Source of the DNA: Cetorhinus maximus
Lineage: Eukaryota
Reading direction: 5' to 3'
Assembly: GCF_964194155.1 (NCBI RefSeq)
Contig: NC_135890.1
Coordinates: 90,396,001 to 90,460,000, forward strand
DNA length: 64,000 bases
The notes below the pieces were generated by a model. That model was not told the origin of the DNA and ran no database searches. It was given only the letters and a program-made list of their open reading frames with translations. This document shows, piece by piece, positions 51,342-64,000 of the stretch (position 1 is its first letter; every line of letters starts with the position of its first letter). The position numbers were made by a program, and so were the translations under genes.

Positions 51342-51570
51342 ATGGCTGAACATGTGAAAGCGCAAGGACCAAGGTTTTCAGACAATCCACTGGCCTTGGT
51401 GGAAGATGTGGAAAGGAGAGACATCCTTTATCAAATATGGGGATGGGGAAGGAGGCCCTCCAGACACATGCTCAGGAGACATCTAGAAGAAATAGCTACG
51501 ATCTCAAAACCAAGAGTGTTGCTCATTGATATGGTGCAGGATGAAGTTTAATGATCGCACAGGAGTCAAA
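51342..51570 (+). mobile_element. Harbinger Myb/SANT-like ORF remnant
   Basis: MAEHVKAQGPRFSDNPLALVEDVERRDILY...RRPSRHMLRRHLEEIA resembles Harbinger Myb-like DNA-binding proteins (PRFS..L..LV..V..R). Confidence 0.65.
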
Positions 51571-52213
51571 ATGATTGACTTCATCTTCAAATGGCATTTC
51601 CTATCAACTACTTCAACTGCATCATCAACTGCTCACTTATCTACCAACAATCTCTATCAGGACTCAACCCTACTATGCCCTCATACACTAGCACACACGT
51701 AGGCCTCACGCACAAACTCATAGCTTGCACACACAGGCAATTATTCAACCATGGTAGCCACATCACAAATATATTGCATGACATGACAAAGTTCCCTCTT
51801 TCTTGCAGGAAAAGGCTGTGATATCATGGGAAGATGCAGTGCAATGGAGATTAGTTTATTTTCTAAATGCATTGTCATGATTTAATATATAAATCTGGAC
51901 TGGAATGTGCATTTTCTGGTGCTTTTTTGTCTTGTAAGTAGGAGGATGATTTGATGGTTAGTAATAAAAAGGAAAGGAAATTGGCACGATTGGTGAATGG
52001 AGAGTTGTAGTTGGATTTACTGTATTGTTCATGAATAATTTGATCACGTAGAGGTGGGGCAGACAGGGTTTGAATGCACTCCCTTCCTCCACGTTCTGTT
52101 GCAATTCCTCCTCCTCCATTTCCTCGTGCAGTTTGTATACCATGCAGCATCCTACTGCATAACTTCATACCCGTTTAGCAGGAGATCAGGACCACTTGGA
52201 CCACGAATGAGGT

Positions 52214-53449
52214 CAGGACCACTCAGCTCCTGACCTCATTACAGCCTTGGTTCAAACATGGACAAAAGAGCTGAACTCCCAAGGTGAGGTGAGAGTGACT
52301 GCCCTTGACATCAAGGCAGCATTTGACTGCGTGTGGCATCAAGGAGCCCTAGCAAAACTGGAGTCAATGGGACTCAGGGGGAAAACTCTCCACTGGTTGG
52401 AGTCATACCTACTACAAAGGAAGATGATTGTGGTTGTTGGTGGTCAGTCATCTCTGCTCCAGGACATCATTGCAGAAGTTCCTCAGGGTGATGTCCTCGA
52501 CCCAACCATCTTCAGCTGCTTCATCAATGACCTTCCTGCCATCATAAGGTCAGAAGTAGGGGTGTTTGCTGATGATTGCACAATGTTCAGCACCATTCGC
52601 GACTCCTCAGATACTGAAGCAGTCTATGTCCAAATGCAGCAAGGTTTGGCTTCAGCTGACAAGTGGCAAGTAACATTCGCACCACACAAGTGTCAGGCAA
52701 TGACCATCTCCAACAAGAGAGAATCTAAACATCGCCCCCTTGATGTTCAATGGCATTACCATCACTGAATTCCCAACTATCAACATCCTGGGGGTTACCA
52801 TTGACCAGAAACTGAACTGGAATAGCCATATAAATACTGTGGCTACAAGAGCAGGTCAGAGGCTAGGAATCCTGCAGCATGTAACTCACCTCCTGACTCC
52901 CGAAAGCCTCTTACCATCTACAAGGCACAAGTCAGGAGTGTGATGGAAAACTCCCCACTTGCCTGGATGAGTGCAGCTCCCACAACACTCAAGAAGCTTG
53001 ACACTATCCAGGAAAAAGCAGTCTGCTTGATTGGCACCACATCCACAAACATTCACTCCTTCCACCACTGACTCACAGTAGCAGCAGTGTGTACCATCTA
53101 CAAGATGCACTACAGGAATTCACCAAGGCTTCTTCGACAGCACCTTTCAAACCTACGACCACTATCATCTAGAAGGACAAGGGGAGCAGATAGATGAGAA
53201 CACCACCACCTGGAAGTTCCCCTCCAAGTCACTCACCATCCTGACTTGGAAATATATCGCCGTTCCTCACTGTCGTTGGGTCAAAATCCTGGAACTCCCT
53301 TCCTAACAGCACTGTGGGTGTACCCACACCACATGGACTGCAGCAGTTCAAGAAAGCAGCTCACCGCCACCTTCTCATGGGCAACTACGGATGGGCAATA
53401 AATGCTGGCCCAGCCAGTGAAGCCCACATCCTGTGAATGAATGAAAAAA
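52214..53449 (+). mobile_element. 5'-truncated copy of the SINE-headed LINE family inserted in the Harbinger transposase
   Basis: VRVTALDIKAAFDCVWHQGAL, VFADDCTMF; same tail. Confidence 0.92.
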
Positions 53450-54200
53450 CAGTGGTCCAGGCAGTGGAAGCATTGTTAGAGGGCATCAATGGTGTGCTCT
53501 GTTGTGTTTCTCGTGGCAACATGGCTCTGTTGTGCATTGATTCCAGACAGGAGTCATGCCATGTCATCAGTAGATAACATGCCTTGATAGGTCAAATACA
53601 GCTGAGAAAAGGGGCTGCTGCAGAACAAAGGAATCATGACAACTATCAGGATAATAGACATTCGCTTGCATGATGAGCTGCCTGTGGTCACACACCAGCT
53701 TCACTTTGAGGGACTGCTTTCCCTTTGGGTTCAGGAAAATTGCAGCAATCACATGCAAAACAATGTCCATGCAGTGAATAGCACCTGGTACCATGGAGAA
53801 GTCTGCAACTTGAGCTAACATTCATGCTCACTCCACCTGCTTGTCTCTGGCAAGAGGGAATGAGATGCAACTGTCTCTCTTTATACAGAGAGCCTCAACT
53901 TCCTTATGCAGCAGTGTACTACAAAGAGATATTGCCTCTACCTTCAGCAGTTGCCTGGAAGGAGCCAGATGCACAAAAGTCAACAGACACGGTCACCTGG
54001 GCAGCCACAGGCAATGCGCTCCTTTCCCTACTTTGAAGTTGAAGCTGTAACTATAGCACTTGGCAGGTTTCTGTCACAACCTCTTTAGCAAGCTGAAAAC
54101 ATCTCATGCATTTGGTACTCTCTAAATTTCATGAAAGAGAATAGCAACCTAAAGACCCTGGGCAGATACTGCCTCCTGCTGAGAGCTCTTATCCCCAACT
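53450..54200 (-). pseudogene. Harbinger (HARBI1-like DDE) transposase remnant; C-terminal part probably at about 51990-52200
   Basis: ALPVAAQVTVSVDFCASGSFQATA and VPGAIHC...FLNPKGKQSLKVKLVCDHRQLIMQANVYYPDSCHDSFVL match Harbinger transposase blocks (GAIDC, NRKG.HS.NVQ.VCD, PGS.HD); contains stops and frameshifts. Confidence 0.8.
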
Positions 54201-57014
54201 CCTACTCCCACTTCTAGAAATGTGTCTTGCTCTGTGTGGCTCCACTTCATTCTTCCAGTCATGCTCAATTCCAAGAAAGGCAACTAACAGGCCACCCATA
54301 TCTGGAAGCACCCTGTTTCATTACAAGCCTTTAAACCACCAAAACAGAAGTCCAGCATCAGCCAGACCACTCCCTGTAGAAGACTATTCAAACTTTAGAC
54401 AAGTAGAGGAAAGCACTAAAAACATGTAGAATTGCACCAACAGCAAGAAGAAATAATCCACTAAATAACCTGCAAGTAGTGCCTGATCCTTTTAAGTAGT
54501 GCTGGTGGGAGATGTTCAGCTGTTGGGAGGTTAAAAGAAGACATTGGCTGAAGCGTGGTATTTGAAATGGCAGCACAGGTGTCAAAACAGCACTGGTGCA
54601 CTGCACACTGATTGGTGCCATAATCTACTTGTTCAGCATGTTGCTGGCAGCCATTAGTTCATGTGCACACACCTACTGTACGAGGGTGACATCCAGCGCA
54701 CTTCTCACTGGGAGTGTGAGTGCACACCTAGAAAATGAATTTTACCCTTTAGGAGGTCAATTAGCACTTATAACAGAAGCGCTACAAAGCCCAATTTCTC
54801 TCCTAGTAAGTTATTTCTCAACAAAACAAATGGAAAATAATTTGTAAAAGAAAACACCACATACTCTTGTAGAGTCTGGCTGCAATTCAAACAAGCTTTT
54901 ATTGTGTATATTTTTCTCACCTTGTGCACAATTCCCTGGCAGAGACTAACCATGCCTCCTCAAGTTAAGTTTCAATGAGTAGGAAGGAAAATCCACAAAA
55001 TGAAGCCAGTGTTATTCCATGAGTCACAAACTCAAATTTATAACCTATCAGAACAACACTTTTGGAAACTTTTCGCAGAATCTTTTTTTAAAACTGTGAA
55101 TAATAGATTAGGATTCATGCACTAACCAATGATAAACTCTGGTACAGTGGAGGCTTTGTAGAATGGTATCGGAGGGAAAGACTTCAGTTATGTGGCAAGA
55201 CAGGAGAAGCTGGGGTTGTTATCATTAGAGCAGAGAGGGTTAAGGGAAAGTTGATAGAGGTGTCAAAATCATGAAGGGTTTGATAGAGCAAAGAAGAAGA
55301 AACTGTCTCCAGCAGCAGAGGGACCAGCAACCAGAACACACCGATTTAAGGTAATTGACAAAAGAACCAGCACTGACATGGGGAGCTTTTATGATCTAAA
55401 ACTTAATGCCTGAAGGGTGGTGGTATTAGATTTGTACTTGAAAAGGAAATATTTGCTATGTTGTGGGGAAAGAGCAAGGCAATGGGACTAATTGGATAGC
55501 TCATTTAAATAGTTGGTACAGGCACGATGGGCTAAATGGTCTCCTTCTGTGCTGTAGCATTCTATAGTTCTACCAAGTTAAATTACACAACAGGCAACAA
55601 AAGACTTCCTAAAATATTTAGGTATATCTGATCACAGCCAGCCCTGTCTCTTTCACATAATGGAACCTAACTCAGAACTATGGACCAGCTTGAAAGAATA
55701 CCACCAAGATTTGCTGAGTCAGAAGAAAGTTAGAGCCAAAATAGTCTCTTTTCCTTTTCTTTAACTCCTCCCATCTTTCTTTGAACAGGCATGATGTCAA
55801 AATTTGTTTTAAAAGCCAAATTGAGGGTAAGCCTAAGTGTGAATAATATTGTCAAAGATTGAAAGACGGCAGGTAGGTGGCGGGTGTAGTTCAACATGGG
55901 AAAAGGCAAAGTAACACACTTTGGATGTAAGATTAATGAACAGAAATACATATAAATTGATAAGATTTGAAATGAGTAGAAAATCAGTAGACCATCCTTA
56001 ATTTGCAAATGTACATGTTACTAAAGGTGGCAATGCAAGTAGGTTAAGACCAAAACAATCCTTGATTTTGTATCTAAAGATACAGAATTCAAACATAGGG
56101 AGGTAATGTTGAACTGTAGCTATAGGTGGCAACATTGTGTATAGTTTTGGGTACCCCATAATAGAAATATAAAATGAATGGAAAAATGCAGCATGAATAA
56201 GGATGTACAGTTATAAGTGAGTTGTGGAAGTTGAAATATTTTTTCACTGGAGATTAGAAAGTTGCTGGGCCACCTGAGAGAGGTCTTCAAGATTCTTCTA
56301 CTTCTCTGCCTGAAGGCAGGTCCTTAGCGATTATTTGCCGAACCATTAAGTGCCACGATTTTTTACTTACAGCTAGAGCGAGGAAGCAGGCCCTGGGTGT
56401 TTCTCAACCAGAATGGAGAACAAACTGTTGTGCTGTTGGGATTAATTTGATCTGCACGCTAGCTGTCTAGCCATCTGAACTAACTGCCCCCCTCTTCAAG
56501 ATTATGAAAAGGTAAATAATGGTAGATTGTTTCCAATGGTCAATAGCAAGGACCCAAGAGGGCACAAATACAATCACAAAAAGAATTAAAGAGGACGTAA
56601 GCAGGAATTTATTTACACAAAGTATCCAGAATGTAGGATTCTCTACCACATAACATTGTTCAACCAGAGTCTATAAAGCCTTTTTATATTAAAAAAAATT
56701 AAGTTATGGGTGCAAGCAGGACTAGGATTTGGCTAGTGACTCTTGGTGGAAAATACAGCTGCAGACTTCATGGACCAGATGACATGCGTGCAAAATTCTG
56801 CAATTCAGTTCTACAATCTGGAAAAAACCCCAATCCAGAAAGTGTTGAGTTGGGTTTCCTGCATGCATCATCCACTTTCTCTTCCCATTCTATTCGGCCC
56901 AACACTTCATTTATCATTCCCATGTCAGGAGAATTCATTCATTCTCATGCTAGTCATTTTAGCACCTTAAGTATTACACTAAAATTCAGACATTCATACA
57001 CTGCCTGTCATTAC

Positions 57015-57319
57015 CTGTATTTGTTCTTTTTTATTGGTGTGCCACCACACTTAGATGGGGTTGGAACTGGATCAATTTTTCCACTTGCACTCGGTCTTAT
57101 TTGTGAACTTGGACTCCATAATAATGGTTGTTGAGAACCAGTTTGAGATGTGGAACCCCATGGTGGTTCAAATTCAGCCACTGACCTCTGAAGCCCATTA
57201 GAATGGCCAAATAAGGTTTCATCCACATAGGAAGTCTTTGCTCTAACTCTATAATGACTGCATCCTTTATGACGTACACGACTGGGTTGAAGATCAGTGA
57301 CTGCTAAATCACTTGACAT
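57015..57319 (-). CDS. RITA1: RITA1 first coding exon (exon begins at 57390 with 5' UTR)
   Basis: MSSDLAV...YRVRAKTSYVDETLFG...FEPPW...TPIKKNKYR matches RITA1 (YRVKARTSYVDETLFG, TPRKKNKYR). Donor AG|gtaatg is phase 2 and joins in frame to 50424. Total 287 aa. Confidence 0.93.
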
Positions 57320-57865
57320 GCTACTCCTCAAGATGATTTCTGGCACGTTGGTTTGGTCACTTTGGTCTTTTCAAGTCTAGTGAAGTTAATCTAAAGATGA
57401 GAAAAAGGGAGAGTTTTTTTTGATAAACTATATTTTCAGTCACTCTATATAATCAGTGTGTTATGATGCTCTGAAAATCGTTAAGACACAATTATTTCCA
57501 ATTGTAGCTCCTGTACCAACACCTGGATGAGGTCAGCTAATTCAACAGGGACCAGCAATTATACCTAAGAACTTATTGATTCTTGTGGCCCAAAGATTTA
57601 CTGTTTTCCTTAGGAAGCCACTGTGTGAGCCTTAACTGTTCTAATATATAAATCAGTGAAACATTCCATGTGTATCAATCTCAGTCTCAGCAGTTCAAAG
57701 ATACTGTATTGGTAGATTGTGCTGTCAGTGTAATATTACATGATAGGTTGAAAATAACAGGGGTTTCATGTAGCATAACGTGACAGCTCAAAAACACTTA
57801 CAAAATCCAATCCCCTTTCGCCCCCACCAAATAAAACACTATTTATGGTATCAAAGGAAGCAACA

Positions 57866-58640
57866 TTACGCCGCTCTGGTCCATTCCTCTATCACTCCAA
57901 CATCTCGTCCCCTTCCCTCAGCACCATCCCATGCAATCGCAGGAGGTGTAACACCTATCCCTTTAACTCATCTCTCTTCACCTTCCAGATGAAGCGGCGA
58001 TTTACTTGTATTTCTTTCAATTTAGTATACCGCATTCACTGTTCACAATGTGGTTTCCTCTACTTTGGGGAGACTAAATGCAGACTGGGTGACTGCTTTT
58101 CAGGATACCTTCGCTCAATCCGCAAGCTTGACCCCAACCTTCTGGTTGCTTGCCATTTTAATTCAGCACCTTGCTCTCACGCTCAATTTCTGTCCTTAGC
58201 CTGCTGCAATGTTCCAGTGAAGCCCAACGCAAGCTTAAGGAACAAACTCATCTTCCGATTAGGTACTTCACAACCTTCCGGACTCAACATTGAATTCAAC
58301 AAATTCAGACCATGAACTCTGTCCTCCATTTTGTTTTTTTGCCAAGTGCTAGTCTGTATCTTGTTTTCATGTTTTTGCTTTCAGATAAAGGTATTCTGCC
58401 ATTAACACTTACTCTGGACCAATGCGTTGTTTCTTTACTACAACATTACCATTCCCTTTTCTTTTTGTTCCATGACTTCGTCATTATTTAATCTCTCCCA
58501 CTCTCTAACCCATCCCTGACCTTTTTCAACAGCATAAAACCCATCACATTTTCAACTCTGAACAAAAGTCATATTGGACTTGAAACCTTAACTCTATTTC
58601 TCTCTCCACAGATGCCACCAGACCTGCTGTGTTTTTTTTT
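57866..58640 (+). mobile_element. Penelope-like element fragment
   Basis: PCNRRRCNTY...RFTCISFNLVYRIHCSQCGFLYFGETKCRLGD (Zn-finger-like plus GIY-YIG), GLNIEF; pseudo-LTR tail. Confidence 0.85.
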
Positions 58641-59679
58641 CTATTATGTACAAATAATTTCAATCAATGAGTTTTTAAACAAAAAATTCAGAATTATTTC
58701 TCAACACTACCGAGTCAAATCATCTAATGATGACAGTTCTTGTAGTAAGGAATGTAAATGGGCATGTGAAACGTGTGAAGAATCAAAAAACAAAACAAAA
58801 TCAGTTGAAGAAAATGATGAAGACCTGCCTCAGTAATAAACTGTGATAGCCCAAAACCTGGGAGCCGAAGAGATCCTTCGAGTCCACGAGTCTCTCCCCT
58901 GATCTTGTCCTCTGGCGGATGTAGAGAAAATTAGCTGCCCCCACCCAGCTGATTACATGTTTGGTCAATCATTCTGCACTTCCCTCAATTTCTATCAAAG
59001 CTGCTTCCAGTAAACCCCACCCTGCACCACCCTCTAAACTAAGCAATATGAGGTCCTCAGTGTCTCCTTCAATAACCAGCAACTTGGGCCTTAAAACCCC
59101 AGCAATATTTTGAACAGGACCCAAACACCCCTCCTACTGAGCATTATTTTAACTCTCCTAACCCCTCAACATTGAACATAATCTCAGCTACTCCCACCAC
59201 CACCCAAACACAGATCACCATATGTACCATTGCAAAACTCCTCCACCAATCAGCAACACAGCCAAATTCACACCCCTCCAAGCTTACTATCACCTTGGCT
59301 CACATGAGTACTTCCAAAGCCCTTTAACCATTCTTCCCATGTTCCCCCATCCCCAAGCCCTTTGTCTCACCACACAGCATTAGTTCAGACTTTCTACACT
59401 TTTTTCACTGAACAGGAGGAATAAAACTGGCCACTTTGTTGCCGCCATGGAGCAGAGAAATAGTTGCTAGCTTAATCTGATCAGTTTCTTTCCCCAGCTT
59501 ACCAAGCAGCAGTTGGGCGAGAAACAGTACTCTCTTCCCCCACCACTAATCAACCAAATATTGCCCAGTCCCTCCTCTTGAACCTCTTCCTCTCACAAAC
59601 TTCATCCTCCTTGTCCCCATCCCTCTCCTTCTCCTTATCCATATCTCCAACTCTCGCCTATCCCCTTTCTGCCATCTCA

Positions 59680-60515
59680 ATGGAATGAAGAAATGGCAAA
59701 GGCATTGAACAAATCTTGTGTGTCTGTCTTCACAGAAGAAGACAAGTTTTATACCAGAAATGTATGGTAACCAAGGGGGTAAAAAGGATGAGGAAATTAG
59801 GGAAATTAATATCACCAGATAAAAAGTATGAAGAAGCTTAAGGGACTAATCCCCAGGACCCAATGGCCTACACACTAGGGTCCTAAAAGAGATAGCAGAG
59901 ATAATGGACATACTGGCTATGATTTTCCAAAATTCCTTAGGTTTGAGAATAGTCCTATTGGACGTTGGCAAATGCCACACCACTTTTCAGGAAAGAGGGA
60001 GAGAGAAAACAATGAACTACAGGTCAGTGAGCCTAACATCAGTTGTTGGGAAAGTGCTGGAATCTAATAGTTAATGGGGAAAGTTTTAACAATGCACTCG
60101 GAAAAGCATAGTATGACTGGAACAAGTCAAGATGGTTTTTCTGAAGGGAAATCTTGTTTGACAAATTTATCAGCGTTTTTTTGAGGAAGTAACTAGTAGG
60201 GTAGATGAAGGGGAACCAGATGTAGTATACCTGGATTTCCAAAAGGCATTCAATAAGGCGCCACACAAAAGGTTAATAAGCAAGATAAGGGCTCATGGAA
60301 TTGGGGATGATATTTTATGGATACAGCATTGGTTCACAGATAGAAAGCAGAGAGTGGGCATAAATAGGGCTTTTTGAAGTTGGCAGGCTGTGAGTAGTGC
60401 AGTGTCGCAAGGATCAGTGTTGGGGCTTTAGCTATTTACAGTCTAATGATCGTACTGAATGGTGGATCAGGCTCGATGGGCTGTGTGGTCTACTCCTACT
60501 CCTATTTCTTGTGAT
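59680..60515 (+). mobile_element. Decayed CR1 RT fragment with internal deletion
   Basis: NYRSVSLTSVVGKVLE, GKSCLTNL, DVVYLDFQKAFNKAPH, VSQGSVLG; CR1 tail at about 60450-60515. Confidence 0.8.
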
Positions 60516-61239
60516 GCAATTATTCCCCCAAACCTCTAATCATGCTTGATCTTAAGACTTCAGTTGGTCTTGACTTCCTGTCATATAAATTTTCAGTGTC
60601 TCATGTTTCAAGTCTCATGTTTCATAGTCATTCCTTGCTGAGTAAATTAAGATAGAAGGTCTGACAAGAGATAGTTTCCCTAGTATTTCCTTTAAAGGTA
60701 AATGAAAAATCCTATTAGGTCTCTTGAATTGTTAATGACAGAACCAATACAGCAGTGATTTGAAGCAATTATGATGGATTGTTTCTCTAAACTTAACTTC
60801 CCTTGCTAAATTTAATCTTGCATAATTTATAAGAGGGAGAAATTCCAAATTTGCCAATGGTTTTTCAGCAGTAAGTTTATTTCTTACCACTTTAGATATA
60901 AAAAAATGAATAAAATTCTAAGCAAGACCAATCAATTATTTTTCAGCCTAACCTAAACTCAAGAATGCATATTTTTGTTGAGCACTGCTTAAAACAAAAC
61001 CTGATGACAACCAACAGTTGTTTATATTTTTTTGTTAGCTTTAGAACAATGCACTGGTATTTATATAATGAAGGCAGTTCTGAGGGCATATTGCATTGTC
61101 AGTAGTGCCATCTTTCAGATGAAGTATTAAACAGAAGTCCAGTCTGCCTGCTTAATTGGATGTATTCACACATTATTCAAAGAGGAACAGAGGAATTTAC
61201 CTGGTGTCCTAGCCCAAAACCCCCAGGTCGATAAGGATG

Positions 61240-62980
61240 AAGTCAGATAGTTTACATTTGTCACTGTCACATAGAATGTCGTTTATGACTATGATAAGAG
61301 GCGTGGCAATACTGTGCCAGGACCTAAATCGATTGGAAGAATTCAAACATGGAATTCCGAGAAAGATGAGCATGGATTTGGGAGGTGTCCTTGGAGGAGA
61401 GAGGGAGGTTAGAGTTAGGATGTGGATGGGGAGAGGGATTTATAGCTCTTTTTCTGAAGAAAGGGTGATGACAGTACATTTGAAGGAGAAGGCAACGGTA
61501 TCCGAGAAGAGAGAACTGCTAACTGTGCTATTAATTGTTGACTGCTGTTGTAAGTGAATAAGGAGAGAGTTTTTCTTCCAGAGTGGACACAGAAGGAAGT
61601 AAGGTTGGGAGGGGGAAGGGGGTGGTGGATGGAATGATAAAAGTAAGTGATTAGAAATGGCTTTATCTGTGATTAACAGTGTGGGAGTAATGAGGCCATG
61701 TGATGTAAGAAGCTGTAAACATGGGTTTGGGAGTTTATGTGGAGGGAGTGGTTAAGGGAGGCTAGGAGGAAAGTGAACTCAGAGGAGAGCATGGTGAATT
61801 GAAATGCAGGTTGAAATCATTGAGGACGAGACGTTTGCTGTACATGCTGAAGGAGGAAACCAGCGATGATATCCTGGTGAGAAAATTTTTATGATACTTG
61901 AGTGGGCGATAGAGAGAGGAGGATTTAAAATGAGAGGTCAAAAGGCAAGATGCTTAGAGGAGGAAAAAAAGTGCCAGAAGAATAAGAGGAGAGGTGAAGA
62001 TGTGATTTGGTGATAAAAGCCACACTGCCACTGCAAGAGTCTGGGCACAGCTAATGGTGCCAGGTGTAGCCAGGCAGGAGGCTTCATTGAGTGGGAAGGT
62101 GTCATCACCCCTGCCAGGTTTCCATCAAGGTCATGATGTCATTTCAATCATCCTCAATGAGCTCATGGATGGCAAGTACCTCGTTCACAATTTAGCAGAT
62201 ATTCTGGAGGGACATGTGGAGAAGGGCTATGATAGCTTATCAGCTGGTGGAAGTTACATGGTGAGCATTGGGAGGGATGAGTTGGGACTGGGAGACAGGC
62301 TCAGTGACTGGAGCAGTTGAGGCTGCTACTCATAATGAGGTAGTGATGAGCTCTTCAGAGGAATCCAAGAGAGGCACAGAGGGAAGCTGTAGACTTACCC
62401 AAGAGTGATTCAAGTCCAGGATGGCGATGGCAGGAAAGTAGGAAGGTTGAGGAGTACTGAAGGGTTGGGGTAGGGATTTGGGAGGGCAGAGTACCCAAGA
62501 GGGGAAAAATGACATGTGGAGAGAAAAAAAGTGGAAATAGAAATTTGATTGGTTCAGGTCCAGAGAGGCAGCCAAAGTTTGCACAAAAATGGACAGAGGC
62601 AAAACTAAAGTTACATGAACCTGGTTATGTATTAGATTACATTTAGCCTGGTTGTGAATGAGGAATGGAGATAGGACAACGGGAGGAGATCCAGAGTTAC
62701 ACTCAGAGTAGATAGGTGTGGCAGGCAAGTGAAATCCAAAGACTATTTCTAGGGTAGAGTATCAGGGGATGCACTGGAGACATTTTTGTGGGAATGAAGA
62801 TCTCGGAGATGTGAAGAATTGGATGCAGAGCAGAAAAAATTGTCATGAAGTTGGAGATCACCATAAGATCCAGAAGCGGTGGAGAATCATACCTCGGTCC
62901 AGGACAGTAAATTTGTGGCCAAAAACCAGACCGTATCTTAAGCTGAAAAAACAGTAGGTCAGTCACAGGCTGAGCTGGGA
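61240..62980 (-). mobile_element. Old L2-like LINE fragments (endonuclease and 5' region)
   Basis: Purine-rich plus strand typical of minus-strand L2; similarity to 17270-17430; reverse of a GGGVA-like APE motif near 62020. Confidence 0.45.
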
Positions 62981-63705
62981 ACAGCAGCCATGCTGAAGCT
63001 GATCAAAATTACTTTAAATTTAAGCAAGAATTAAGCAGATCAGAGACACAGCAGCTGAATCTTACTGTGAAGTCCAATGCAGAAAGATGCCATGGGCCCA
63101 AGTATATATTACTTAAAACCCATTTGTTTACACCAAGTTAAAATTGGTCATTTAGTCTTTTTGTCCAGAGAAATTCAGGAATTTGGAGGATAAATTTGAG
63201 GAAAGGTCCAATACTCACTGAGGAAGGCAGAGAGCAAGCATGGTCATGGGATAGGCAGTAGCAGTTTAAACTGCTTAACTTGTACTGAGAACTATAATAC
63301 ACCCATGGGTAAAGTTAGAGGAGCTTAAGCAGTACTAGAGAGGAGATGGGGGAGAAAGAACACAGGTGTCACTCCTCATAGCTCAGCCCTCTCATCCCAG
63401 GAATCAATCTAGTGAACCTTTACACCCCCTTCCAAGGTAAGTGTATCCTTCCTTAGGGAAGGAGCCCAACATTATACACAGTACTCAAGTGCTCTTACCA
63501 AAGTCGTATATAATTGCTGCAAGACTACTTTATTCTTCAAAACCCCTTGCAAGAAAATGGCTAATTTGTCATTTGCTTTCCTAATTACTACCAGCAAGTT
63601 AACTTTCTGTGACTTGTGCACAAGGATACCCAAGTCCCTGTACATACCAACCATGTGCTAGTTGTTCGCCTTTTTAAAAAAAAAAAATTCTGATTTTCCA
63701 TTTGC

Positions 63706-64000
63706 ATATCCCCACTCTACCATTACCATCAAACCAGGGGATCAACCCTGGTTCAATGAGGAGTGCAGAAGGGCATGCCAGGAGCAGCACCAGGCATACC
63801 TTAAATGTGGTGTCAGCCTGGTGAAGCTATAACACAGGACTACTTGCGTGCCAAACAGCATAAGCAGCAAGTGATACACAGAGCTAAGCGGTCCCACAAC
63901 CAAAGGTTCAGATCTAAGCTCTGCAGTCCTGCCACATCCAGTTGTGAATGGTGAATGACAATTAAACAACTCACTGGAGCAGGTGGCTCCAGAAATATCC
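63706..64000 (+). mobile_element. Copy of the SINE-headed LINE family (internal ORF part, runs off the window)
   Basis: Colinear with about 21297-21592 (HIPHSTITIKPGDQPWFNEECRRACQEQ). Confidence 0.88.

Noticed and set aside
59441-59450. Perfect Kozak sequence GCCGCCATGG
   Set aside because: It opens only MEQRNSC-stop, with no CpG island or donor nearby.
1-64000. CRISPR arrays, rRNA genes, prokaryotic systems or intact transposon ORFs
   Set aside because: No regularly spaced repeats or rRNA-like sequence; all RT, GIY-YIG and transposase frames are truncated or disrupted.

Overview
Eukaryotic, repeat-rich vertebrate DNA, most likely a cartilaginous fish (inferred from the mix of CR1/L2 LINEs, Penelope-like elements, tRNA-derived SINEs and Harbinger elements, plus long introns). 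It carries the conserved TPCN1 <- -> IQCD(DRC10) -> <- RITA1 block: the first coding exon of TPCN1 (minus, 25211-25316), a compact bidirectional CpG promoter with an RFX X-box, the complete IQCD CDS (4 coding exons, 435 aa, plus strand) and the complete RITA1 CDS (2 coding exons, 287 aa, minus strand). The rest is mostly decayed transposons. The most unusual object is a 3.27-kb LINE at 20064-23334. Its 5' end is a tRNA-derived Pol III SINE head followed directly by an APE-RT ORF with no ORF1. I found no TTTT (Pol III terminator) on the sense strand of it or of its truncated copies, and its two ends joined together equal the local SINE, so it is a candidate Pol III-transcribed autonomous LINE. 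Also notable are minimal hammerhead-ribozyme motifs in Penelope termini and a second RBPJ-binding-like LWxP motif in RITA1. Repeat boundaries are approximate unless TSDs are quoted. All calls were made by eye, without database searches.
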